From contig NZ_JBIPLW010000009.1 in NCBI RefSeq assembly GCF_044369455.1, positions 4,967 through 68,966 on the forward strand: DNA of 64,000 nucleotides, in the 5' to 3' direction. Below, one piece after another: positions 36,398 to 45,732 of the stretch. The translations under genes and the position numbers were made by a program. Each line of letters opens with the position of its first letter. The stretch's first letter is position 1. Origin of the DNA: Flavobacterium sp. GTDB taxonomy: Bacteria; Bacteroidota; Bacteroidia; Flavobacteriales; Flavobacteriaceae. The notes beneath the pieces are model-generated. The model was not told where the DNA came from, ran no database searches, and was given only the letters and a program-made list of their open reading frames with translations.

Positions 36398-37216
36398 ATG
36401 ACAATAAACTGTCTCGGAAAACTAATTGATTTGTCTGTTCCCAAAGTAATGGGTATACTGAATGTAACACCAAATTCGTTCTATGATGGAGGTAAACATT
36501 CTGATGAAAAAACTTTGCTAAATCATGTTGAAAAAATGATTATTGAAGGCGCAGCTTTTATTGATATTGGCGCCTATTCTAGTAAACCTGATGCAGAATT
36601 TGTTTCAGAAGCGGCGGAAATGCGTCGTTTAGTACCCGTTATAAAATTAGTATTGAAATATTTCCCTGAAACGTTGATATCTGTTGACACGTTTCGTAGT
36701 GATGTAGCTAAAACTGCTATAGAAACAGGTGCTTGCATGGTAAATGATATTTCTGCAGGTACTTTGGATTCAATAATGATGGAAAGCGTTGCAAAACTTC
36801 GGGTGCCATATATTATGATGCACATGAAAGGCAATCCACAAACGATGCAGAGTTTGGCCCACTATTCGAATATCACTAAAGAAATGTTGTATTATTTCTC
36901 CGAAAAAGTAGCACAAGCCAGAAGTTTTGGAATTAATGATTTGATCATTGACCCTGGATTTGGTTTTGCTAAAACAGTGGAGCAAAATTTTGAGGTAATG
37001 AATAACTTGGAATTATTTCAAATGGTAGAATTACCACTATTGGTTGGCGTTTCTCGAAAATCAATGATTTATAAAACTCTTGAAACTTCTGCTGAACAGG
37101 CATTAAATGGCACTTCGGTTTTAAATACCATTGCGCTGCAAAAAGGAGCTAATATCCTGAGAGTGCATGATGTAAAAGAAGCTATGGAATGTATAAAATT
37201 AGTATCCCAATTATGA
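36398..37216 (+). CDS. folP: Dihydropteroate synthase
   Basis: 272 aa with MGILNVTPNSFYDGG, VNDISAG, DPGFGFAKT and RVHDV. Confidence 0.93.
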   Translation: MTINCLGKLIDLSVPKVMGILNVTPNSFYDGGKHSDEKTLLNHVEKMIIEGAAFIDIGAYSSKPDAEFVSEAAEMRRLVPVIKLVLKYFPETLISVDTFRSDVAKTAIETGACMVNDISAGTLDSIMMESVAKLRVPYIMMHMKGNPQTMQSLAHYSNITKEMLYYFSEKVAQARSFGINDLIIDPGFGFAKTVEQNFEVMNNLELFQMVELPLLVGVSRKSMIYKTLETSAEQALNGTSVLNTIALQKGANILRVHDVKEAMECIKLVSQL

Positions 37217-37827
37217 AAAAAATAATAGTTGCTTTATTTCTGATTTCATTATTTTCTTGTGGTAAAAAAGAAATTCAATTGCCACAATTGAACGAAACAA
37301 TAGTGGTAGATGTAAAAAATCATTCGCCAATTTATATGTTTTTTGAAACTAATGGAAAAGACACTTTGATTGATGTGAACCGAAGCAATTCGATTAGTTC
37401 AACCAATTGGTTGTTTAATATCGACAAGCGATTGCCATTGAAATTAGTTATTCCTGAAATTCAGAAATTGCAAGATAAAAAAGCGAAAAGTTCACATTTA
37501 ATAAATGGTTCCAAAAACTATTTTACTTATATGGATAGCAAAAAGAAGACGTTGGCTTTTCTACCGTTTACAAATGTGACTTATACTTTAAAGAATTATA
37601 ATAATGGTATTTCAGTTTTCTTTACAAAAAGAAATAAAATATTTGTAAATAACATTCTTGTTGATAAAAAAGATTTAGAAAGCTATTTAAATAACTTGAA
37701 TAGGACATATCAAGAAATAGCTTTTGGTTTTGATAAAAACTTGTCTTTTCAAGATTATATTATTGCTAAAAATGTCGCTAATGATTTAGAAATAAAATTT
37801 ATTACTTTTAAAGAGTATATTTATTAG
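37213..37827 (+). CDS. Hypothetical lipoprotein
   Basis: Started at the ATG overlapping the folP stop (ATGA). MKKIIVALFLISLFSCGKK lipobox. Confidence 0.6.
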   Translation: MKKIIVALFLISLFSCGKKEIQLPQLNETIVVDVKNHSPIYMFFETNGKDTLIDVNRSNSISSTNWLFNIDKRLPLKLVIPEIQKLQDKKAKSSHLINGSKNYFTYMDSKKKTLAFLPFTNVTYTLKNYNNGISVFFTKRNKIFVNNILVDKKDLESYLNNLNRTYQEIAFGFDKNLSFQDYIIAKNVANDLEIKFITFKEYIY

Positions 37828-37868
37828 TTTCAACTGCCAACTAAAAACTGTTTACTGAACACTTCGAA

Positions 37869-38342
37869 TCACTGATGATGGTAAGGCTCGTTTCTCAAAA
37901 TAGTAAACCCACGATACAACTGTTCAATAAAAAATAACCGCACCATTTGATGCGAAAAAGTCATCTCTGAAAGCGACACTTTTCCTTGTGCTTTTTTATA
38001 CACTTCGTCGCTAAATCCGTATGGACCACCAATTACAAAGACTAAAGTTTTTACGCTAGAATTCATTTTCTTTTGTAAATAATCAGCAAACTTGATACTC
38101 GAAAAAGTAATTCCGTTTTCGTCCAATAAAATTAATTGGTCGGTTGGAGCAACTTTTGATAAAATGAGTTCGCCTTCTTTCTCTTTCTGCTGACTTTCTG
38201 AAAGATTTTTGACATTTTTAATATCGGGAATAGTTTCTAAATCAAATTTGATGTAAAATGACAATCGCTTGGTGTAATCGTCAATTAATGATTGTAGCGC
38301 TTTGTTATCAGTTTTGCCTATGGCGATAAGTTTGATGTTCAT
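37869..38342 (-). CDS. rlmH: 23S rRNA (pseudouridine1915-N3)-methyltransferase RlmH
   Basis: 157 aa, SPOUT fold, with VFVIGGPYGF and HQMVRL...EQLYR. Confidence 0.9.
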   Translation of the reverse strand: MNIKLIAIGKTDNKALQSLIDDYTKRLSFYIKFDLETIPDIKNVKNLSESQQKEKEGELILSKVAPTDQLILLDENGITFSSIKFADYLQKKMNSSVKTLVFVIGGPYGFSDEVYKKAQGKVSLSEMTFSHQMVRLFFIEQLYRGFTILRNEPYHHQ

Positions 38343-38383
38343 TTTTTCTTTTCTATTGTGTTTTGTTCATTCCGAGGTACTAG

Positions 38384-38418
38384 GAATCTCATATAATTAT
38401 TCAAATAGTATGAGATTC
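38384..38418. repeat. Perfect 10-bp inverted repeat (palindromic intergenic unit)
   Basis: gaatctcata (38384-38393) and tatgagattc (38409-38418) with a 15-nt loop, flanked by the direct repeat ttcattcc (38366, 38419). Confidence 0.7.
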
Positions 38419-38459
38419 TTCATTCCACTTTGTTATATTCAGAATGACAAAAAACTCGG

Positions 38460-39200
38460 TTATTTATTCCAAATCTTCCACGCTTTTTCGGCTTGAAATA
38501 CTAACATTTCATAACCATTTTTAGTTACTGCACCATTTTTCTTGGCTTTTTTCAAAAATTGTGTTTCCTCAGGATTGTATATCAGGTCAAAAGCAATATG
38601 CTTTTCGGTAAAGAAATTATAGGGAATAGGGGGAAACTCTTTGGTATTTGGAACAGTTCCAACAGGCGTGCAATTGATTATGATATGGTAATTGTCAAAA
38701 GTCGTTGCGTTGATTCGGTTATAATCAATCATACCTTCTTTTTCTTCACGAGTCACAAAAGTGTATAGAATTCCGAGTTTATCTAAAGCAAAAGAAACCG
38801 CTTTTGCTGCACCTCCAGTTCCAAGAATTAATGCTTTTTTGTGATGGGATTGCAGCAATGGTTCTAAGGATTTCATAAATCCATAGTAATCCGAATTGTA
38901 CCCTTTTAGTTTTCCATTTTTTGTAAATCGAATGACATTTACAGCGCCAATTTGTGCTGCGGTTTTGGAAAGTTTATTCAGATAGGGAATTATCGTTTCT
39001 TTGTACGGAATAGTAACATTCAAGCCAATTAAATCTGGATTGTTAGATATAACTGAGGGAAATTCTTCAATGGTTTGAATGTCGAAGTTTTCATAGGAAC
39101 AATCCACTAAATTCCCTAAAGCAAATTTATCAGTAAAATAGTCTTTTGAAAAAGAATAGGAGATGTTTTTACCTAATAAACCAAATTGTCTTTTCGACAT
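38460..39200 (-). CDS. aroE: Shikimate dehydrogenase
   Basis: Trimmed to MSKRQFGLLGKNISYSFS... Motifs NVTIPYK and LGTGGAAKA. Confidence 0.88.
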   Translation of the reverse strand: MSKRQFGLLGKNISYSFSKDYFTDKFALGNLVDCSYENFDIQTIEEFPSVISNNPDLIGLNVTIPYKETIIPYLNKLSKTAAQIGAVNVIRFTKNGKLKGYNSDYYGFMKSLEPLLQSHHKKALILGTGGAAKAVSFALDKLGILYTFVTREEKEGMIDYNRINATTFDNYHIIINCTPVGTVPNTKEFPPIPYNFFTEKHIAFDLIYNPEETQFLKKAKKNGAVTKNGYEMLVFQAEKAWKIWNK

Positions 39201-39202
39201 TG

Positions 39203-40600
39203 TTATGGTTTTGCGTGTTTTGCAATATAATCTTGCACCGATATTCTGTCCCAAACAGTTGGAAACATTTCTTTTAAAAGGGTTTGGTGTTTCATATTAA
39301 TTCGCAAACCATTACTTAAATGATAATTTCCTTTTTCTTCTTCGTTCAAAAGCATGTGAAAACCTGCTAAGCGATATTCAATTTCAAAATCATCAGGGAA
39401 ATATTCTGATGCTTGAATTAAAGTCAAAATGGCATTATTATACTCGCCCATAATGAGCATAATATCCACCCAAAATAACCAGGTGTCTAATTGATAATCG
39501 CCAAATTCTATTGCTTTTCTGTAACCAAACTCTGCTTCCTCAAAATGATCTATCGCTTTGTTGATGGTTGCATAGCGTTTCCAATATAAACGGTTTTGAT
39601 CGTCAATTGCCAATGCTTTGTTTACATAATACAACGCTTTTTGGTAATTTTTTTGACGTACATAAAAATCAGTAATGGCAATCCAACCCTTATCTAATAA
39701 CGGATCTTCATGAACCGTTTTATTAAAATATTTTAATGCTTCTACTTTATTGCCTAATTTTTCATAGCATTTTCCAATTCTTAGTAAGGCATAGGAGGTT
39801 GGGTCGTCCAATTCAATGGTACGATTGTAGCTTTCTATTGCTTCCGCATAATTTTTAAGTCGCTCTAATGCTTTTCCTCTTTCCATATAAGCACCTATAA
39901 ATTCTTCATCTATGTAGGTTGCTAATTGAAAACAGGTAGAGGCACTTTCGTAATCTTTCAAACCATAATACAATCTACCGGACTGATGCCATGCAATTTC
40001 GCTATATGGATTTCTGTCAATATAAGTCTTTAGATATTCTATTGCTTCTTGATTTTGATCTAAAAACTCAAAGCAATAGACCACATTATATAAGGCCGAT
40101 TGATCTTCCATATCTTCTTCCAAACATTTAATAAAACTTTCTTTTGCCAATTCTAGATTATCCATAAAAAGATATTCCATGCCTATCAAGTTGTAAACAT
40201 CGGCATAATCTTCTGTATAATTTAGCGCTGTTTTTAAGAATCCGACCGCTTTTTCGTGGTCATCTCTTTTTGAATAAATATTGGCTTTTTGAATAAAAAT
40301 TTCTTCGTTGGTTGGTTCAATAGCATACAATTCGTTAAGCAATTTTTCCGCTTGATCCAGCTTGTCGTCATACACTAGCATTTCTACTTGTACTAGTTTA
40401 AGACCAGTAGATTTTGGATGCTGTTCCAATCCCAACTTCAACGCTTTTTTGGCTAAAGAGGCTTTTCCCATATCGAGATAATGTAGAATAATTTCCTCGA
40501 ATTCCTCGGAATCAAAAAATAAAACTTTGTTGGTTTTCAACATCGATTCAAATTTTGATAAGGATAAGTTGTAGTCTTCTTCGTCGTGATCTAATTGCAT
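39203..40600 (-). CDS. Tetratricopeptide repeat protein
   Basis: 465 aa with many 34-aa TPR-like units (..A...Y.KAL..DP.. pattern). Confidence 0.8.
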   Translation of the reverse strand: MQLDHDEEDYNLSLSKFESMLKTNKVLFFDSEEFEEIILHYLDMGKASLAKKALKLGLEQHPKSTGLKLVQVEMLVYDDKLDQAEKLLNELYAIEPTNEEIFIQKANIYSKRDDHEKAVGFLKTALNYTEDYADVYNLIGMEYLFMDNLELAKESFIKCLEEDMEDQSALYNVVYCFEFLDQNQEAIEYLKTYIDRNPYSEIAWHQSGRLYYGLKDYESASTCFQLATYIDEEFIGAYMERGKALERLKNYAEAIESYNRTIELDDPTSYALLRIGKCYEKLGNKVEALKYFNKTVHEDPLLDKGWIAITDFYVRQKNYQKALYYVNKALAIDDQNRLYWKRYATINKAIDHFEEAEFGYRKAIEFGDYQLDTWLFWVDIMLIMGEYNNAILTLIQASEYFPDDFEIEYRLAGFHMLLNEEEKGNYHLSNGLRINMKHQTLLKEMFPTVWDRISVQDYIAKHAKP

Positions 40601-40699
40601 AACTGTAGGTGTTAAAATTATCCTTAATAAAATTAGGGAAACACGTTGCTTTTTTTGTGGGTTGCGATTATTGTTGTAAACAATTTAATTAACAATTAT

Positions 40700-40795
40700 T
40701 CAATATCAATATCAATATCAATTTCAATGTCAATATCAATATCAATATCAATATCAATTTCAATGTCAATATCAATATCAATATCAATTTCAATT
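40700..40795. repeat. Hexamer microsatellite (TCAATN)16
   Basis: 16 contiguous hexamers. The sixth base reads A A A T G / A A A A T G / A A A T T, indicating a higher-order 30-36-bp unit. Confidence 0.95.
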
Positions 40796-40807
40796 CAATT
40801 ACAAAAT

Positions 40808-42001
40808 TCAATATCTATTCTCATTTTGAATTTCATTCATTGCTTCAATAATAATGGCGCAACCTTCTCTGATTTCCTTTTCAGATATAGTTAATGGTGG
40901 AGTAATTCTAATAGCACAACCTTCGAAAAGCAACCAAAATAATATCAACCCTTTTTCCATACATTTAAAAATTACTTGGTTTGTTATTTCAGCGTTTTTT
41001 GTCATTGCCGCTAACATCAATCCTCTTCCGCGTATTTCCTTTATCAAAGGATGTACCAAAAGTTCTCTGAATATCTTTTCTTTAGCTAAAGATTGCGTAA
41101 TGTAATCTTTTTCAAGAATTTCTTCTAAGGTGGCTACGCATGCTGCCGCAATGACAGGATGACCTCCAAAAGTTGTGATGTGACCAAGTTTAGGATCATG
41201 ACTTAGTAAATCCATATATGTAGAGTTTGCAATAAATCCACCTACTGGCATACCACCAGCCATTCCTTTTCCAATTATCACAACGTCGGGTATAACATTA
41301 TAGTTCTCAAAACCAAATAATTTTCCGGTTCTACCAAAACCAGGTTGGATTTCATCGAGAATCAGTAAAGCACCAACTTCTTCACAACGTTTTTTTACTT
41401 TGGCTAAGAAATCATTTTGAGGTTCAATAAAACCTGCGCCACCTTGAATACTTTCCAAAATGATTCCAGCAGTTTTGGTCGTTATTTTTTGAATATCATC
41501 TTCATTATTAAAAGTGATAAAATCAACATCTGGAATTAATGGACGAAAAATTTGCTTTCGTTCTTCAAATCCCATGACGCTCATAGCACCCAAGGTATTG
41601 CCGTGATAGGCATTGTGACAAGAAATTAATTGACTTCTTCCGGTAACGCGACGAACCAACTTTAGTGCACCTTCACAGGCTTCTGTTCCCGAATTGACTA
41701 AATAGACTTTGTTTAAAACTGGGGGCAAATTCTCAACTAATAATTTACAATAAGCCACTGCAGGATGTTGTGCATATTCACCATAAACCATTACGTGTGA
41801 ATACTTATCCAATTGGTCTTTGATGGCTTGATTAACTCGTGGATGTTGATGTCCTAAACTTGTAGCGGAAACACCTGCAACGAAATCTAAATGTTTTTTA
41901 TTATTGGTATCATAAATATAAGAACCAATTGCATGTGAAACCTCCATACCTAAAGGATAAGGAGAAGTTTGTGCTTGGTATTTTAGGAAATCCTCTTTCA
42001 T
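40808..42001 (-). CDS. Class III PLP aminotransferase (acetylornithine/ornithine aminotransferase-like)
   Basis: 397 aa with LVNSGTEACEGALKL and ILDEIQPGFGRTGK. Confidence 0.85.
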   Translation of the reverse strand: MKEDFLKYQAQTSPYPLGMEVSHAIGSYIYDTNNKKHLDFVAGVSATSLGHQHPRVNQAIKDQLDKYSHVMVYGEYAQHPAVAYCKLLVENLPPVLNKVYLVNSGTEACEGALKLVRRVTGRSQLISCHNAYHGNTLGAMSVMGFEERKQIFRPLIPDVDFITFNNEDDIQKITTKTAGIILESIQGGAGFIEPQNDFLAKVKKRCEEVGALLILDEIQPGFGRTGKLFGFENYNVIPDVVIIGKGMAGGMPVGGFIANSTYMDLLSHDPKLGHITTFGGHPVIAAACVATLEEILEKDYITQSLAKEKIFRELLVHPLIKEIRGRGLMLAAMTKNAEITNQVIFKCMEKGLILFWLLFEGCAIRITPPLTISEKEIREGCAIIIEAMNEIQNENRY

Positions 42002-42026
42002 GTCATTACGAACTTTTGAAGCAATC

Positions 42027-43730
42027 TTATTTCACTATTGGTTTCGATTTATTCTGGTCAGATTTCGGTTTGGTTTCGCCCTGTTCGCCTTTGGCTAGCG
42101 TTGAGTTGTTTTTGTCGTACTCTAAAGTTTCTTTACTCGGTTTCAGGGGTACATTTTCTTTTTCCATTTCTGCTTTTCGCTCCGCTTGAATTTTGGCATC
42201 AAGATCGTTTTCTTCTTGTGGGAAAATATCATCCTTCGATTTTATTCGTTCCTCACCGCGCCAAATAAAACCTCGAAGTTTTCTAGCATTTTCGGGCAAT
42301 TCTATCTCGGGATAAATATCGCCATCGGGATTGTTGAAAATGGTTAAGGTTTCTATGGTGTTTTTGTCTAAAATCATATTTATTTTACTACCAACACTTT
42401 TGTTGATACCAATCAGTTCGTTTTGGTCATTTCGCATGTAATAAATGACTTCGGTGTTTTTTACTATATCAACTTCATGGAGTTTATTGTCTTTAAACTT
42501 ACCGTATAAATTCATTCCTTTGACCTGATTATACCCTGTCCCTATTGAATCTTTAGAGATTATAAAGGCATTGTTCAATACTTTAAGCGAATCTAATTTC
42601 TCGGTGGTATTATTTCCAATAAGATGCATTAGGTCACCTGTCATTTGGTTCTCATAATTCCAAAGAATTGGTTTGCCAATAAGCTTGGTTAGCGCCGTTT
42701 TCTGATTGGAATGAATAGAATCACATTTGCCACTCATATCCGTTTTATAAAAACGAACATTATTAAATCCACGAATAACTCGGTCGCCAACTTTTCCTGT
42801 AATAAGCATTTTTTTTCCATGTATGTACATCGAATCATTCTCTACCAAAGTAATAGCAACAGCTCTTTTGGTAATCATCATCGAATCTTTCTCGGTTTTT
42901 AGATTGCGGTAAATTTCTGCATAATGGCCTTTGAGAATTCCTTTATTTATAGTGTCTGTAACTTTGACATTATTAGTCGCCGATGCGTATTCGCGATTTC
43001 GATCATAATACAAACTATCGCCTTCAATTTTTCGGTCTTTGTATTTGATGTAAGACTTTCGTTTAAAGAAGGCAAAATTCTTTTTGGTATCATAAAACCC
43101 TTTTTCGGTATAAATGAAATTCTCCTTACTTGTAATCGTTGAAGGACCAAATAAATAGGAGTGACCCGAATTGGTATAATAATCCAAATGATTCGATTTT
43201 ATTGTGTATTTTGGGTTGGTAATGGTGACTGCCGTTAAAAATTTAAACTTCTTTTCGTTAGCAAAGTATCTACCTGATTTACTTTTTAAAGTATTCTCTT
43301 TGCTAGTAATGGTGCCAAAGGAATTGTAAAAAGCTTCTTGTGTATTTCGGTCAAAGTTAATGGTGTCGGTTACCAAAGTCGATTCGGGTGAACGCATAAT
43401 TACGTTTCCTGTGGCATATGCTTTTTTTAGTTCGCCATTGTATTCGGCATATTTACTGTTTAGGAAAAGCGTATCACCTTGCACCATCTGCACTTCGCCA
43501 AATGCTTTGATGTAGTTTTCTTTCTCAAAAAAATAGGCCTTGTTACAAGTAAAAAGCACACCTTCATGCCTTATTCTAACGTTACCTCGCAGCAACAAAG
43601 CATCGGGAATTTCGTCTTGATTTCTATCTGCAAAATCGGAATATTCTACATTTATTTGAGATGTTTTTTGAGCTTGAACATTTGCTAAAATAAAAAAGAG
43701 AAATCCGGTATAAAAAAGGAACTTTTTCAA
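42027..43730 (-). CDS. OstA-like (LptD N-terminal domain-like) protein
   Basis: 567 aa. Signal peptide, repeated beta-jellyroll-like segments, and an acidic/basic C-terminal tail. Confidence 0.6.
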   Translation of the reverse strand: MKKFLFYTGFLFFILANVQAQKTSQINVEYSDFADRNQDEIPDALLLRGNVRIRHEGVLFTCNKAYFFEKENYIKAFGEVQMVQGDTLFLNSKYAEYNGELKKAYATGNVIMRSPESTLVTDTINFDRNTQEAFYNSFGTITSKENTLKSKSGRYFANEKKFKFLTAVTITNPKYTIKSNHLDYYTNSGHSYLFGPSTITSKENFIYTEKGFYDTKKNFAFFKRKSYIKYKDRKIEGDSLYYDRNREYASATNNVKVTDTINKGILKGHYAEIYRNLKTEKDSMMITKRAVAITLVENDSMYIHGKKMLITGKVGDRVIRGFNNVRFYKTDMSGKCDSIHSNQKTALTKLIGKPILWNYENQMTGDLMHLIGNNTTEKLDSLKVLNNAFIISKDSIGTGYNQVKGMNLYGKFKDNKLHEVDIVKNTEVIYYMRNDQNELIGINKSVGSKINMILDKNTIETLTIFNNPDGDIYPEIELPENARKLRGFIWRGEERIKSKDDIFPQEENDLDAKIQAERKAEMEKENVPLKPSKETLEYDKNNSTLAKGEQGETKPKSDQNKSKPIVK

Positions 43731-43746
43731 GAGTTTTAATTTTAGC

Positions 43747-43754
43747 CAAATTTA
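43747..43754 (-). promoter_or_regulatory. Candidate -7 promoter box for the OstA-like gene
   Basis: Minus-strand TAAATTTG, 16 nt upstream of ATG 43730. Confidence 0.4.
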
Positions 43755-43810
43755 TGAAATTAGGTACAATGAAAATGGTTATTAAGAATTATTTATGTTA
43801 CATATATTTC

Positions 43811-43818
43811 TATATTTG
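43811..43818 (+). promoter_or_regulatory. Candidate -7 promoter box for the GH13 gene
   Basis: TATATTTG, 40 nt upstream of ATG 43859. Confidence 0.45.
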
Positions 43819-43858
43819 TGACAATGACTTATTGAACCAATTATAAGCATGCTGTCGT

Positions 43859-45730
43859 ATGAAAACAAGTTTAACCTATACCTTAATTATGAGTTGTATT
43901 ATAGCTAATATAACCATTGCACAAAAAAAGAATACCATGAGTGCCAATCCCAAAGAAATCATTGCTCCAAAGAAAGCGGTTGTTTATCAAGTTTTCACCC
44001 GATTGTTTGGCAATAAAAACACCACCAATAAACCTTGGGGAACCATTGAAGAAAATGGAGTAGGGAAGTTCAATGATTTTACCGATAAAGCACTGCAAGA
44101 AATCAAAAAACTAGGTGTTACTCATATTTGGTATACTGGCGTTCCGCATCATGATGTGATTCGTGATTATACTCAATACGGAATCTCCAATGACGATCCC
44201 GATGTAGTTAAAGGAAGAGCTGGTTCTCCTTATGCTGTGAAGGATTATTATAACGTAAACCCTGATTTAGCCGTTAATCCAGCTAAAAGATTGGAAGAGT
44301 TTGAATCCTTAATTGCACGCACACACAAAAATGGTTTAAAAGTAATCATTGATATTGTTCCCAATCACATTGCACGAAATTACCATAGTTTGAGCAATCC
44401 AAAAGGTGTAAAAGATTTTGGTACCGATGATGATACTTCGGTGGAATATGCTCGCAACAATAATTTTTATTACATTCCAGGAAAAGCTTTTGAAGTGCCA
44501 ACATCGGATACTTACAAACCTTTAAATGGTGAACAAAATCCTTTAATTGACGGAAAGTTTACCGAATATCCAGCAAAATGGACAGGTAACGGTTCACGTC
44601 AAGCAAAACCAGATATAAATGACTGGTATGAAACGGTGAAAGTAAATTATGGCATCAAGCCAGATGGTTCCAAAGATTTCCCCGAATTACCTGCAGGTTA
44701 CGATACAAAAGATTGTAAGGCCCATTTCGCTTTTTGGAAAGACAAAGATGTTCCAAGTTCATGGAAAAAATTCCGTGATATTGCCTTGTATTGGACGGCA
44801 AAAGGTATAGACGGTTTCCGCTATGATATGGCGGAGATGGTACCGTATGAATTTTGGAGTTATATGAATTCGGCAATAAAAATGAAAAATCCGAAGGCAT
44901 TTTTATTGGCAGAAGTCTACAATCCGAAAGAGTATAGAAATTATATCAAGTTGGGAAAAATGGATTATCTCTACGATAAAGTGGAAACGTACGATCATTT
45001 GAAAGCAGTAATTCAAGGTAAAACGTTGCCGGACGGATTATCGGATATACAAAACGGATTGGCCGACATTGAGCACCACATGCTTCACTTTTTAGATAAT
45101 CATGACGAACAACGATTGGCTAGTCCAGAATTTGCGGGTACTCCCGAAAAAGGAAAACCAATGATGGTGGTTTCAGCTACACTAAGTTCATCACCTACAA
45201 TGATTTATTTCGGGCAAGAAGTGGGCGAAGACGGAAAAGAGAATGCTGGATTTGGAACCCATTCGCGCACTTCCATTTTTGATTATATTGGTGTTCCACA
45301 TCATCAGCGTTGGATGAATGAAGGTAAGTTTGATGGCGGACAGTTATCTCAAAGTGAAAAAGCGCTACGCGATTTTTATAAACGTTTATTAAATTTTACT
45401 TTAAGTAGCGATGCTTTGATGGGAAAATACCAAGAGATTCAAAAGTATAATCGAGATACAACTTCAGGATATGATTCAGGTTTGTATTCTTTTGTGCGTT
45501 GGTCAGCAAAGGAACGATTGATAATTGTGGCAAACTTCTCATGGGTAACTACTAGTAATTTCGAGTTGAAAGTACCTGAAACGATAATCAAATCATGGGA
45601 TTTAAAAGATGGATTATACGATGTAACCGATCAACTATACGGTAGCAAAGCACAGCTTAAAGTTACTAATGGTATTGGAACGATTCAGTTAAGCATAAAA
45701 CCGAGTGAGAGTTTTATTTTAAAACTTTAA
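43859..45730 (+). CDS. Alpha-amylase family glycoside hydrolase (GH13)
   Basis: 623 aa with DIVPNH, GFRYDMAEMV, LAEVY and FLDNHDEQR, which are conserved GH13 regions. Confidence 0.88.
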   Translation: MKTSLTYTLIMSCIIANITIAQKKNTMSANPKEIIAPKKAVVYQVFTRLFGNKNTTNKPWGTIEENGVGKFNDFTDKALQEIKKLGVTHIWYTGVPHHDVIRDYTQYGISNDDPDVVKGRAGSPYAVKDYYNVNPDLAVNPAKRLEEFESLIARTHKNGLKVIIDIVPNHIARNYHSLSNPKGVKDFGTDDDTSVEYARNNNFYYIPGKAFEVPTSDTYKPLNGEQNPLIDGKFTEYPAKWTGNGSRQAKPDINDWYETVKVNYGIKPDGSKDFPELPAGYDTKDCKAHFAFWKDKDVPSSWKKFRDIALYWTAKGIDGFRYDMAEMVPYEFWSYMNSAIKMKNPKAFLLAEVYNPKEYRNYIKLGKMDYLYDKVETYDHLKAVIQGKTLPDGLSDIQNGLADIEHHMLHFLDNHDEQRLASPEFAGTPEKGKPMMVVSATLSSSPTMIYFGQEVGEDGKENAGFGTHSRTSIFDYIGVPHHQRWMNEGKFDGGQLSQSEKALRDFYKRLLNFTLSSDALMGKYQEIQKYNRDTTSGYDSGLYSFVRWSAKERLIIVANFSWVTTSNFELKVPETIIKSWDLKDGLYDVTDQLYGSKAQLKVTNGIGTIQLSIKPSESFILKL

Positions 45731-45732
45731 TA

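Noticed and set aside
40646-40894. 82-aa ORF with the 'SISISISMSISISIS' peptide.
   Set aside because: It is a translation of the (TCAATN)16 microsatellite and it overlaps the end of the aminotransferase gene on the other strand. There is no start context and no coding signal.
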